Positions 37,647-49,969 are shown, counted from the whole stretch's first letter. The stretch is 63,604 nt of DNA, filler included, from Octopus bimaculoides (GCF_001194135.2; 6 parts of 6 records of this genome joined end to end with filler, not necessarily neighbours in it); one strand, 5' to 3'. The notes: generated from the sequence alone by a model not told the origin. Numbers and translations are program-made.

Positions 37647-38951
37647 CTGGTTTAAAAGAAGCAAAGTAGAATTGAATATTTCGTCTATTAAAGGGGATAA
37701 TATAAATGACATGGAATAACTGATGTTGTTTATTTACCCTGCAAAAGGAAGATTTGTATTGGCGCGAAATTATAGCCACCATTGATCACGTTGGGGTCAC
37801 CAGTGTAAAAGTTTGATATATATAGTTGTCATAGAGACTTTAGTCTCTCTCTATCACCATTTCAACAGCATTATATATGAAGAGACATTAGAACAATTAA
37901 CAACATAATAAAAAGGTTTTATTCTTTTGATGATGCTTGGTTTCGCAATTCCTGTCATTCAGCTTAGCAGCCGCTGATTGAGTTGTAATTTGGTATTAGA
38001 AGGTTAAGGGCTTCCTTGATGCCTGCCAGAGGAGCAAGTAGCTATCACCATCGAAGGCATTGTGGTGAAGAGTGCTTCGTTGAGGAGTGAGGAGTTGTCA
38101 CGTAGAAGGTCTGTCGCGCAACTGTCTGAGAAAGTGAAACTCACTCTTTAAGTACCAGTTTTACTACGCATGCGCACTCGAGGGGCTTCCGGTGGTGAAG
38201 TCCCCTGCGCATGCGCAGAATAGTACTTCCTCAATGGCGGCTATAATTTTGCGCCACTACAGATTTATCTCCCTTCATATACTCTAATAGAGACCAAAGG
38301 GAATTGATTCGTCCATTTAACATCTGTTGTTCTCCATGCTGGCATGATTGGGACGGTTAGACAAGAGCTGGCCGGCTGAAGAGCAGCTTGGGCTCCATTA
38401 TGCCTGTGTTGACCGGCTTTCTACAGCTGAATGCCTTTAATAAGACACTGACACAGCAAGCTATCAAAGTGGAGTTCTTGTGGTGGAAATAGAACTGTGA
38501 GCAGCCACTACTCTTTCGTGTGCTTCTGTGATGTAAGGAATCCGACCCAAGAGAATACATGGGAGGATTTGTAGGGACTCCAGCCCTATCCAGGGCAGAG
38601 ATTTCCTACCGGTCCACCTAGCAGCAAGGGAAATGGACACAGTTTAACCCTTTCGTTACCGACCCGACCACAGCCGGCTGAAAAACTTTTTGGCTAAAAT
38701 GACCAACCTGGCCAAAGACATCGAGCGAACCCATTGATATCTAAATGTGAATTTCAGCACAAATCTCGTTAATACATGCGTGAAAACATGATTTCACTTT
38801 GTAAATAGTCAAGTTACAGTATCCGACGTTGTTTGACGTGATAACTGAGCTCTGCAAATTTTGGGAGACTTTTCTCCACATTTTTTTTCTTCAGCAATTT
38901 TCTTTCAACTTTTAAAATGGATAACAGTTTCATGCTATCTACTGTTCTTAC

Positions 38952-39075
38952 CTCAATCAGTTTTCTAGCCATGTCTGGAGTAATATCCACACATCTCTGG
39001 AGACATTCCCTGGCTTCACTTCGTTTGCCTTCTTTCAAAAACTGTGCAGCCTTTTGACGGTAAACTTTTCGCCGT
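38952..39075 (-). CDS. EXO1: EXO1 coding exon 3 (RRKVYRQKAAQFLKEGKRSEARECLQRCVDITPDMARKLIE)
   Basis: Helical arch/gateway region typical of EXO1; TAG acceptor, GTAAGA donor; 124 nt, phase 2-0. Confidence 0.95.
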
Positions 39076-40233
39076 CTATCATGAAACAAAAAATAAATCT
39101 GTTTTACACTGTTCTTCTGGCTTCACCACTCATTTCAAATAACATCTTCAGTAAGTTAACTTGGGGCTCCCAAACAACAAGGTAACCTTCATATAATTAA
39201 GGTATCTTCAGCCTGACGAGTACCTGGCTGAGTACCCCTTGTTGAGGATCTGCTAGCTTAGGAAACATATCTAACCTGGATTTTACCTGTTCCACACCCA
39301 CAATTTGCATTTATACACACACACACACACACATATATATCCCATCATCATCATTTAACGTCCATTGTCCATGCTGGCATGGGTTGGACGGTTTGACCGG
39401 GGTTGGTAAGCTGGAAGGCTGCACCAGACTCCAGTCTGATTTGGCATGGTTTCCTACGGCTGGATGCCCTTCCTAATGCCAACCACGCTGAGAGTGTAAT
39501 GCTTTAACGTGGCATCTGCATGAAGCTGGTGTCTGCCACGACTGTGATTTCGCTCAGCTTGATGGGTCGTCTTCTCAAGCACAACATAATGCCAAAGGTC
39601 TTGGTCATTGCCTCCATGAGACCCAACAGCAGCAGTATCAGAGTGACTCAAGGTCCAAGAGTTTCATGTGATAACACATACATACATATATAGTTCAAAT
39701 TTATAGAAAAACAAAAGATGAAGACAGGTGTGTATGAACAACAAGCAAGTGTATTAGTTTGACACTCAGGAAAAATGGAAAAGTCTTTTACATTTCGAGC
39801 CTACATTCTTCAACAGAAAGGAATAAGAGGAAATAAATAGAGAGAGTGAAAAAAAAATGTGTAGAGTTTTATCAGTCCATAGACATATATATACATATAT
39901 ATATGTATGTATATGTGTGCATTTGTGTTTGCATTGTATCCTTCAGAGCCAGTGTTGGGTTGTTTATATCCCCATACCATAACAGTTTGACAAAAGGGAT
40001 ATATAAAATAAATACCAGACATGAAAATAAAGTACTGGTGCCAATTTATTTGACCAAACCCCTCAAGGCGATGCCCCAGCATGGCCACAGTCCAATGACT
40101 GAAACAAGTAAAAAATAAAGCTAACAAAAACTTTCAAAATTAACAACTTTGTGTAAATTATGTGCTAACGAGTAAATTAACTCTGACAGAATGAGTATAT
40201 GCAAATAAACCGCTGAATAAAAATGTTACTTAC

Positions 40234-40353
40234 TCTCTCCTGCTGTCTTCGACATCTTTTTTGGAAGGAAGATGACAGCCATCAAACACCAGAATCGGTT
40301 TCAAATTTTTGCTGATCATAAAGTTAACATATTTCATACAATAGTATATATAC
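40234..40353 (-). CDS. EXO1: EXO1 coding exon 2 ([39 protein letters not shown])
   Basis: PILVFDG..LPSK motif; TTTTATAG acceptor, GTAAGT donor; 120 nt, phase 2-2. Confidence 0.96.
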
Positions 40354-40751
40354 CTATAAAAGAAAAATTTAGGGGAAAAAAAAAGATCTAAGAACATAAA
40401 GACAGACAAAATACTGCTAAGCATTTCAGCTGGCATGCTAACATTTATTTCTTTATTGCCCACAAGGGGCTACACACAGAGAGGACAAACAAGGACAGAC
40501 AAAGGGATTAAATCGATAACATCGACCCCAGTGCATAATTGGTACTTAATCGACCCTGAAAGGATGAAAGACAAAGTCGACCTCGGCGGAATTCGAACTC
40601 AGAATGTAGCAGCAGACGAAATACCGCTAAGCATTTCACCCGGTATGCTAACGTTTCTGCCAGCTTTGAGATTTCAATGATGTGACTGTGTAATTTTACA
40701 ATGACACTGTAGGGTAGGTGTGAGAAGCTGGACATGGCCAGTTTGAACATA

Positions 40752-40967
40752 TGAAGGAGTACTGAAAAGTTCCTGGCTTTGGGTAAAAGGAAATACAGTA
40801 GGATCAGTTAATTATGATTTTACCGAAGATATTCCCATCTCAGATTCACACCCTATTTCAGCGGTCCTTCAGTTTTTCTAAGCCCTTTAAAAGAACTTGG
40901 AAGATTGGGCCTCCAACCAGGTATTTTGTGATACCCTTAACACCAAGAACTTTTCAGCACCCACTCA
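40752..40967. mobile_element. mariner-derived MITE in EXO1 intron 1
   Basis: Imperfect TIRs TGAAGGAGTACTGAAAAGTTCCTGG / CCAAGAACTTTTCAGCACCCACTCA, flanked by TA on both sides. Confidence 0.8.
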
Positions 40968-41083
40968 TAAATCAGGTAGACTAGGGTAGAGATGGCTTAA
41001 ATGCTAAAGAATTAAAGTGATGTCAATACAATGACATACAGACATGCAGCATGAAGTACAATGTCTTGTAATTCTATACTTAC

Positions 41084-41244
41084 TGATCTGTGTCCTCTCC
41101 AAATGCCAATTTCTCAGCACAAGAAAATGCTCCTTTGTGAAGCCAGCAATACACATCCACCGCAACAGTTGCTCCTTGGAATTGGGATATATTTGTTGGT
41201 ACATGGATCTTCTTAAGGAATGGCAACAGACCAGTGATACCCAT
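41084..41244 (-). CDS. EXO1: EXO1 coding exon 1 (MGITGLLPFLKK...VAVDVYCWLHKG...EDTD)
   Basis: Canonical XPG-family N-terminus MGIxGLLPFLK with the catalytic Asp in VAVDVYCW. The acceptor TTTCAG puts the exon start at 41261; donor GTAAGT at 41083; 161 coding nt, phase 2. Confidence 0.96.
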
Positions 41245-41416
41245 TCTCTGGAGGTTACAATCTGAAAACAACAAAACCTAGCAATTAGTTTTATATAAAT
41301 AAATACGCAAGGGAAACTGCAGAATATAAAAATATATATAACATTATGAAAATAGAAATATATTTCTAAATCTCTCGGAGAGATTTATGCAGTAGCAGCA
41401 CGATAAAGTGATGGTT

Positions 41417-41760
41417 TGTTGTCAACTTAATGTGACAGTCCCATAAAAGGGAAGAATGCTACTGTTATTTAGCCTTAGGAATTTCCAAAAATCAGTGAAT
41501 GTATTTCACTTGAAATATATGTTTACAAAGGCAGACAGGCATCGACAGCTAGCAAGCCATGCTACACCAGACTGATGATGAGCAATGACTCTGAAACTAG
41601 TCTCTGGATGCAGGCTTTGCTGGGTGGAGGTGCTTGTCTCCCCTTTAAAAACATAAGGACACAGGAAATGTATCAAGTCCAACGGAAAACGGAGTTTCCT
41701 AGGGCTAAATAACAGTAGCATTCTTCCCTTTTATGGGACTGTCACATTAAGTTGACAACA
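41417..41760. mobile_element. Non-autonomous element with 64-bp inverted repeats enclosing a hammerhead motif
   Basis: 41417-41480 is the reverse complement of 41697-41760 with one mismatch; weaker similarity extends about 12 bp outward. Confidence 0.8.
41567..41607 (+). ncRNA. Minimal type I hammerhead ribozyme-like motif (Penelope-type), possibly impaired
   Basis: CCAGA-CTGATGA-(T GAG CAATGA CTC T)-GAAA-CTAGTC-TCTGG: 5-bp stem I, intact core, palindromic stem III ACTAGT and a GUC cleavage triplet. The first stem II pair is a T-T mismatch. Confidence 0.65.
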
Positions 41761-42179
41761 TGCTATCACATATAACATTATATCATCAATCTATCTTCCT
41801 TCTTCTTCTCTCTCTCTCTCTCCATATTCTTTCTCATAACTCACTAGCCAACTTCTACAACTGACTATAGATATTGAATTATCTCCATTAACTGGGTTAC
41901 ATTTTGAACTGAGGAAGGTTTCACATATTGGATGCATTTACTATTATATATATATTATGCAGACCTGAAACACATGTATTAAATCATTTCACTATTTGGT
42001 TTTACTTCATTTTTACAACTTATATATATATATAGAAAATTATAATTTAGGGTATCTAAGAGATACCACCACGCTGGAAATAGCAGTCAAAACTTGACTC
42101 TAAAACCACACTAAATGTTCATATAGCACCAGGAGAGAAGACCAAGAGACAAAATAAACTAGCAAAGAATTACTGGATA

Positions 42180-42238
42180 ATTCCAGATCCCGGATTTCTG
42201 GTTCTGCATAAGAAATGCTCTGACTTCATCAGTGGAAT
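42180..42238 (-). ncRNA. Hammerhead ribozyme-like motif with weak stem II
   Basis: Minus strand ATTCCA-CTGATGA-27 nt-GAAA-TCCGGGATC-TGGAAT: 6-bp stem I, near-palindromic stem III and an AUC triplet. Only a GCAT/ATGC hairpin is seen in stem II. Confidence 0.45.
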
Positions 42239-42260
42239 ATACTCAGAAAATCACATAAAT

Positions 42261-42303
<43 letters not shown>

Positions 42304-43993
42304 ACATACGATATACTTACATATACAAATGCATACATACATATATATGCACACGACCAGTTTAAATTGCCCGCCTAAAAACTCCTCGTGCGATATGGTC
42401 AGAATACCACAGCAGTGAATATAATGACAAAATGAATATATAATTTTAAATAATTATTACCTTTAATGGTTTTTATTCCTATGCTGGCCACCTGATAAAA
42501 TCGGTATTTAGATATCGATCTTATCCTTATTTATATAAATTTATATGCATATGTATATATATCTTTTTATCTTTTACTTGTTTCAGTCAGACTGAAGCCA
42601 TGCTGGGGCACTGCCTTGAAGAATTTGTAGTCAAAAGCATGGCACTTATTCTATCGTTCTGTTTTGCTGAACTGCTAAGTTACAGGGACGTAAACACACC
42701 AGCACAAGTTGTCAAGTGCTGATGGCAAGGGGGACATACACAGACACACACATATATATAAGATGGCTTCTTCCAGTTTCTGTCTACCAAATCCACTCAT
42801 GGCCCAGGGTTATAGGAGAAGACACTTGCCCAACGTTCCACACAATGGGATTGAACCCGGAACCATGTGGTTCTTAAGCAAGCTTCTTACTACACAACCA
42901 TGTGACAAAACATCTGCACTTGTCCTCTATCACACTTTAGCCTTTCAACACCTGACATAAAGCCACCTCCCTCTCACAAGTATTACCCCCCACCGCTTAG
43001 TAAAGGCAGGGTTTTTTTTTCCTTCTCCCCTGTTCTTTTTCTGTCTTCCAAGTTACTCGGCGACCCCAATAGAGCCAGTGGCATGAAAAAAAGCACCCAG
43101 TACGCTCATGAAAAACAGATGCAAAGTAACAATGGAAAAGACGCTGATGATGATAATTCGAGTAACATTCTAGAATCAGATTCAGGGAGTTGTAGGACAG
43201 CTGTGAGTTCAAGTCAAGATCAATGGAATCTGAACTCCAAACATACAACAAAAGAATAATGCTTTTAAGTCTGGCTATGTCACATAAACAATAAAAATCT
43301 TAGAATTTTCGGACTTTGCAAAAGGTCAACTACATTAATACTAAATTTTGGAGCCTAAAAAATAAAACGCTTAAAGATGGAGTCGGGGAAGGCATTTCTG
43401 ATTCTTCAGCTATTACAATTGCTCAACCCCCAAGTTGGTCTTCATTAAGCAGGCCTATTATCAAAAGCGTTCCAACCGTGACTATTCTGCCTTTTTTTTT
43501 TTATCCCCCTGGCTGCCTACAGCTAATACTCCGTTATTTAATGTAACCGTAGCTATATACTTTAGGCGATCTTTCGATACGACAACCTTTCAAATTAAAT
43601 ATATTAATGTTTTGTCGTTAATATTTTTTCTGAGACAACGATAAAACTTATTCAGCTTAATGCACGCCATATAACCCCTTATTACTTTTATTTTTTGGAA
43701 TTTTCAGAAAAAGTTTTTTTAAATATTTAACACAGAATTCACACGACTATGAAAAAAAAATCTTTTTAATTTTCCGAAAGCTTTTTTTTTTTTTGTCGAT
43801 TTTCCGAATTTTTCTTTGTAAATGACAATTTAAAATACGGACAGTCTGAATATTTGACTTAAATCCCAGCAACAGACCATTAAATGTGTTTAGGGGAAGA
43901 AAGATATTGAAAAACGATCAATACGTCAGACTGACAAACAAGGAGGGTTATGAGGTGGTCCTGAGATGTGCTAAAAATAACAGCTAAATAGAC

Positions 43994-44012
43994 TTTAAAT
44001 CACGCGCCATAT
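43994..44012 (-). promoter_or_regulatory. Putative CDE-CHR/E2F-like cell-cycle element overlapping a YY1-like site; candidate EXO1 promoter
   Basis: The minus strand reads ATGGCGC-GTGA-TTTAAA (GGCGC + 4 nt + the CHR variant TTTAAA); the plus strand reads CGCCATATT. It lies 2.7 kb upstream of the first coding exon. No transcript evidence. Confidence 0.35.
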
Positions 44013-45121
44013 TTTTTTTTTTTTTACATGAATCGTATGAATTCCAGTATGTAGAACACAAATTCGCAAAAAAAATTCTGAAAATTCCCCCCCCAAAATA
44101 ATAAAAAGTTATAAATGATTATATGGGTAAAGCAGAATTCTGCCCCGATCATTTTAGGCTGAGGCTGTAATAAACCTCAGTAGACCGAAGAAGCATCTAC
44201 TGCACAACTTGTCGCCCAGAGCAAACCATCAGCAATATTTTGATTTAAACATAATAAATAACTTAATTGTTACCTTATTGACACGTGAGAAGAAGTAATA
44301 AAGTTCAATTTAAACAATAAAAGAGATTAATAACATAAGAATGTACGTTACTTATTCTCAATGGTAATGCGGTCAGGCGGGATCAACAAATCTGCATTCG
44401 CGATCTCATTATTAATAAATAAACTGTCCCAGGTTTCGCTTAAAAGTATTTTGATAATTTGATATCATATAAAGTTTCAATTTTCTAGAAATCGGAATAC
44501 GGGACTACACAGCATTGCATTACCCAAGCTTATTGGCGGCAGAAATAAAATAGTTAAANNNNNNNNNNCCCCCCCCCCCCCCCCGGCGTGATAATCGTGG
44601 AAGCATACGTTTTATATAGTTACTTTTTTTTTTTTACTATTTTCCTATTTTGTTTTTACTTTTGGAAACTGTCTTGTCATATAATTAACCCTAACCCGAT
44701 CATGTTGAGATTAATAATAAACAAAAATATTTCATTACATGCATAAATTCATTAAATTGCACGACACAGAATATTTATATGAACTCTCCCCCGTCAGAAA
44801 GTATATTTACTAAGCCGTATATTTAGTTTAGATTAATTTTAAAGTCATCAAAGTAATTAAACATCAAAGTAATTAACAAACATCAACTCACATCAACTGG
44901 TTCTTCTCTCATTTACTCTTCCCGCGTTTATACACATTCAAACAAACAGTAGTTTCGTAGAAAAAAAAAATAAATAAATAAATAAATTAGTTTATTAAAT
45001 ATTATGAAATATATTTAAATATATGAAATAGTAATTAATTAGCAAAATAAACGCATTTTTGTTATATTTTTAATGTAATTGAATACGAAACTTTAGATAA
45101 ACTGTTGTTCAACTGTTAAAG

Positions 45122-45296
45122 ATGGCCGAATTACCAACACAGTCCACATCAGCAGGAAACAGTTATTCCTTGGATATCAACCAGTTGGAACAAAATGCGA
45201 AGCAAATGCATGAGTCTTTGCTCGCCAAACCTCCGCTAGACAACTCAAATAAATTCCATGCATCAAATGCTGAGTTTCAATTCGTTACAACGTCCA
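45122..45296 (+). CDS. Candidate first coding exon of the transglutaminase gene (MAELPTQSTSAGNSYSLDINQLEQ...FVTTS)
   Basis: ATG in a good context (AAGATGG), 58 non-repetitive codons, then GTAAGT at 45297 in phase 1, which matches the phase-1 acceptor at 58678. No homology recognised, and three assembly spacers lie in the intervening sequence. Confidence 0.5.
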
Positions 45297-45853
45297 GTAA
45301 GTTATCCTGACACACCCACATCTCTCACCTTTTACGTTGTTTTGGTTCTGTCATTCACAAAGAAATATTGTCACACATCGTTCAATAATAACGCAATGAC
45401 ATTTTAAAATACCCCGTTCTCACCCGATTTCATGCATATATGTGTTACTTTTATCTATCCCTTTGTATATAAATCGCCGATTTGTTGTTTAATATACCTA
45501 AACTGCGTATCTGTGTGTGGCACACACTTTTTTCGAACATTATGAAAATGACACAATTCTTTAGTTGTTTACTAGTTTTGTTTATTTGTTTATGCTTTAT
45601 ATTTTTATTGTTGGCTTTCTATTTTATCCTATCCCACTTCTACCCATGTTCTGCTAATGACTAATAATATCCGATCATCGATGTATATATATNNNNNNNN
45701 NNNNNNNNNNNNNNNNNNNNNNNNNNNNNNNNNNNNTTAATTAATTAANNNNNNNNNNNNNNNNNNNNNNNNNNNNNNNNNNNNNNNNNNNNCCACACCC
45801 ACTATCACTCCAATCCCACCCCTACTACTACTACTACTACAACCACCACCATC

Positions 45854-45891
<38 letters not shown>

Positions 45892-45949
45892 CCCACCCCC
45901 ACAACAGCTACAACTACAACCACCACCATCACCACCGCTACTACTACTG

Positions 45950-46014
<65 letters not shown>

Positions 46015-46414
46015 GTATCGAATAAGTAGAACAAATGATAAGGCAAAAAGGCATGTCGTCAATAGTTACAACGAAATTTAAGGCAATGGAATCGGAATGG
46101 CCGAATCAGTATAAGACCGGATGTAATTATTTTTCACAACTTAGTTACGTCCCTTTACGTTTCGAGTTCGAACCTTGCTGGAGTCGAGTATGTCTTTCAT
46201 CTCTACGAGGTGGCGTGAAAAAGCCTACCTGTGATATATAGATATCGATTTTATCAACTCTGCAACCCCCGCCATCGCTGCTGTCGCTCCGCCCCCACTA
46301 ACACCGCCACAATTTTTAGTAATCAATATTCTTGCCAAATTGGAGTTCGTGCAACTGATGCAGGAAATATTGATATCAGAACATCAATATTTGTGTGTAT
46401 TATAGGTGTGAGTA

Positions 46415-46454
<40 letters not shown>

Positions 46455-46659
46455 ATATGCACTCAATAAAGGTGTTCGAGTTTCGGCTGTAAGATATTTC
46501 TCTTAGGTAAAAAAAATGTGTGTGAGTCCATGTATGTATATCTGTATGTGTGTGTATGTGTGCGTGTGAGTGTTAGGATGATGAGGTTAGAGTTTATGTG
46601 TGTATGAGAGAGAGAGAGAGAGATAAAGAGAACAAGAGAGAGAGAAAAGAGAGAGAGAG

Positions 46660-46692
<33 letters not shown>

Positions 46693-47052
46693 TTGATGAT
46701 AAACAGTGATGGCGATCGATATGCAGAGAGGAAAGTGTGATATAGATTGGGGAAGACAGACAGAATGAAAACTATTACGCACGCATTTGTACAAATATAC
46801 AAGTATATAGAAAGAAAAGGAACAAATAAAGTGAGAGGAAGGGGAAAAGAGAGAGTAAGAGTGAAAGAGAGAGAGTGAAAATAAGAAAGAAGGGAAAGAT
46901 ACAATTACTCACACGCTTGTACACACATTCAACTCACGCGCACGCATGCAATATCGTTATGCCTCATACTGAAATATTGTAGCTATTGAAATCTATGTAG
47001 TTGCGTATTTACGAATATATGCATGCAGCCCTAGTGATATAAGTATGTGGTG

Positions 47053-47111
<59 letters not shown>

Positions 47112-48029
47112 NNNNNNNNNNNNNNNNNNNNNNNNNNNNNNNNNNNNNNNNNNNNNNNNNNNNNNNNNNNNNNNNNNNNNNNNNNNNNNNNNNNNNNNNN
47201 NNNNNNNNNNNNNNNNNNNNNNNNNNNNNNNNNNNNNNNNNNNNNNNNNNNNNNNNNNNNNNNNNNNNNNNNNNNNNNNNNNNNNNNNNNNNNNNNNNNN
47301 NNNNNNNNNNNNNNNNNNNNNNNNNNNNNNNNNNNNNNNNNNNNNNNNNNNNNNNNNNNNNNNNNNNNNNNNNNNNNNNNNNNNNNNNNNNNNNNNNNNN
47401 NNNNNNNNNNNNNNNNNNNNNNNNNNNNNNNNNNNNNNNNNNNNNNNNNNNNNNNNNNNNNNNNNNNNNNNNNNNNNNNNNNNNNNNNNNNNNNNNNNNN
47501 NNNNNNNNNNNNNNNNNNNNNNNNNNNNNNNNNNNNNNNNNNNNNNNNNNNNNNNNNNNNNNNNNNNNNNNNNNNNNNNNNNNNNNNNNNNNNNNNNNNN
47601 NNNNNNNNNNNNNNNNNNNNNNNNNNNNNNNNNNNNNNNNNNNNNNNNNNNNNNNNNNNNNNNNNNNNNNNNNNNNNNNNNNNNNNNNNNNNNNNNNNNN
47701 NNNNNNNNNNNNNNNNNNNNNNNNNNNNNNNNNNNNNNNNNNNNNNNNNNNNNNNNNNNNNNNNNNNNNNNNNNNNNNNNNNNNNNNNNNNNNNNNNNNN
47801 NNNNNNNNNNNNNNNNNNNNNNNNNNNNNNNNNNNNNNNNNNNNNNNNNNNNNNNNNNNNNNNNNNNNNNNNNNNNNNNNNNNNNNNNNNNNNNNNNNNN
47901 NNNNNNNNNNNNNNNNNNNNNNNNNNNNNNNNNNNNNNNNNNNNNNNNNNNNNNNNNNNNNNNNNNNNNNNNNNNNNNNNNNNNNNNNNNNNNNNNNNNN
48001 NNNNNNNNNNNNNNNNNNNNNNNNNNNNN

Positions 48030-48092
<63 letters not shown>

Positions 48093-49165
48093 GAAGTGCT
48101 GTATTGACGTATCGAAATAATGGTTTCTTAGAACGGCAACATGTATTTTATAGGCAACAGTGTACGGCAAGTTATACATTTCAAGGTTTATCTTTAAATT
48201 CAGCGTCAAATGGATCAAATGGACTCGAACTTGGTTCACAACGAACTAACTAAACACTACTGCAACGTTTCCATTGCCGTATTTTCATCAAAATATGCGA
48301 AAATAATCAACGGGTCTACCTAGGAATCGAAACAGAGTCACTTAATAGGTTTATTAAAATCATATCACAGGGTACGCAGTCAGTCTAGTTTAATCGTGCT
48401 GGACAAGCGAAAAAAAAGAAGAGACATATTTGCCGACCATTCCTCACTCATTCTCTCACCTTGAAGCTGCAGCATGTCTCTTTATACATTTCAAACGGTA
48501 TACATGAACAGTTCAAAATACTGATATAATCATTCTGGAAATCTTGACGTTTCATAATTTTCCGACTACACTTTAAATTTACACTCACACACATACTCAT
48601 ATAAATACGTATATATAANNNNNNNNNNNNNNNNNNNNNNNNNNNNNNNNNNNNNNNNNNNNNNNNNNNNNNNNNNNNNNNNNNNNNNNNNNNNNNNNNN
48701 NNNNNNNNNNNNNNNNNNNNNNNNNNNNNNNNNNNNNNNNNNNNNNNNNNNNNNNNNNNNNNNNNNNNNNNNNNNNNNNNNNNNNNNNNNNNNNNNNNNN
48801 NNNNNNNNNNNNNNNNNNNNNNNNNNNNNNNNNNNNNNNNNNNNNNNNNNNNNNNNNNNNNNNNNNNNNNNNNNNNNNNNNNNNNNNNNNNNNNNNNNNN
48901 NNNNNNNNNNNNNNNNNNNNNNNNNNNNNNNNNNNNNNNNNNNNNNNNNNNNNNNNNNNNNNNNNNNNNNNNNNNNNNNNNNNNNNNNNNNNNNNNNNNN
49001 NNNNNNNNNNNNNNNNNNNNNNNNNNNNNNNNNNNNNNNNNNNNNNNNNNNNNNNNNNNNNNNNNNNNNNNNNNNNNNNNNNNNNNNNNNNNNNNNNNNN
49101 NNNNNNNNNNNNNNNNNNNNNNNNNNNNNNNNNNNNNNNNNNNNNNNNNNNNNNNNNNNNNNNNN

Positions 49166-49232
<67 letters not shown>

Positions 49233-49336
49233 CATATACATGCATTCATAAACACGAACACACACACACATATAGAATATTATCATACATATAAATACCT
49301 GTATGTTTACTTAGATCCATACCTATGCTCCCTTGC

Positions 49337-49370
<34 letters not shown>

Positions 49371-49827
49371 AGTCTCTCGCTCTCTGTCAGTCTCTCTCTC
49401 TCTCTCTCTCATGTTCTCTCAATAGAGATAAGGGCACATCAGTAAAAAGAAACATAATAAAAATAAATAACTCAAAGATGTTATAGTTAGTTGAATGAAC
49501 ATATAACATTAACAAAGCCAATGGTGAAATTCGAACTCGGAGCTCTGTGGCAGAAGACTATTTAGAATCGATTCGGTGTTCTTCCGAATTCCTACAAACT
49601 TCCCCATGTCTACATTTTTATATATACACCGACCTGTACATTTAGAAACTCGTACAGACACACATAAAAAAACCATGGATGCAGAGTGAAAAAGAAGCAG
49701 GTGATATGTATGTGTGTAATTACGTAAACATATATCTCTATGTGCAAGTGTCTATATGCTATATACACTCACTCACTCATACATACACATATGTGTGTGC
49801 ATATATATGCACATATATTTACTGATG

Positions 49828-49869
<42 letters not shown>

Positions 49870-49969
49870 NNNNNNNNNNNNNNNNNNNNNNNNNNNNNNN
49901 NNNNNNNNNNNNNTTAATTAATTAANNNNNNNNNNNNNNNNNNNNNNNNNNNNNNNNNNNNNNNNNNNN

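Larger units (their letters stand above)
25902..41261 (-). other. EXO1: EXO1 gene span (10 coding exons found, 2439 nt/813 aa; 3' terminal exon(s) not found; upstream non-coding exon(s) not located)
   Basis: Exons spliced by hand with AG/GT boundaries and consistent phases give one continuous frame. XPG-N, XPG-I and H3TH motifs are present, followed by a low-complexity C-terminal region with a MIP-box-like QSRYF. Confidence 0.96.

Noticed and set aside
39180-39290. Further CTGANGA/GAAA hammerhead-like fragments (also 735-750, 7890-7905)
   Set aside because: Core elements are not in the correct order or lack stem I/III complementarity.
47009-48239. Long ORFs spanning N gaps (also 5321-5917, 14412-15038, 21839-23133, 32958-33966, 48448-49286, 51139-52229)
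   Set aside because: Artefacts of translating Ns and flanking dinucleotide repeats.
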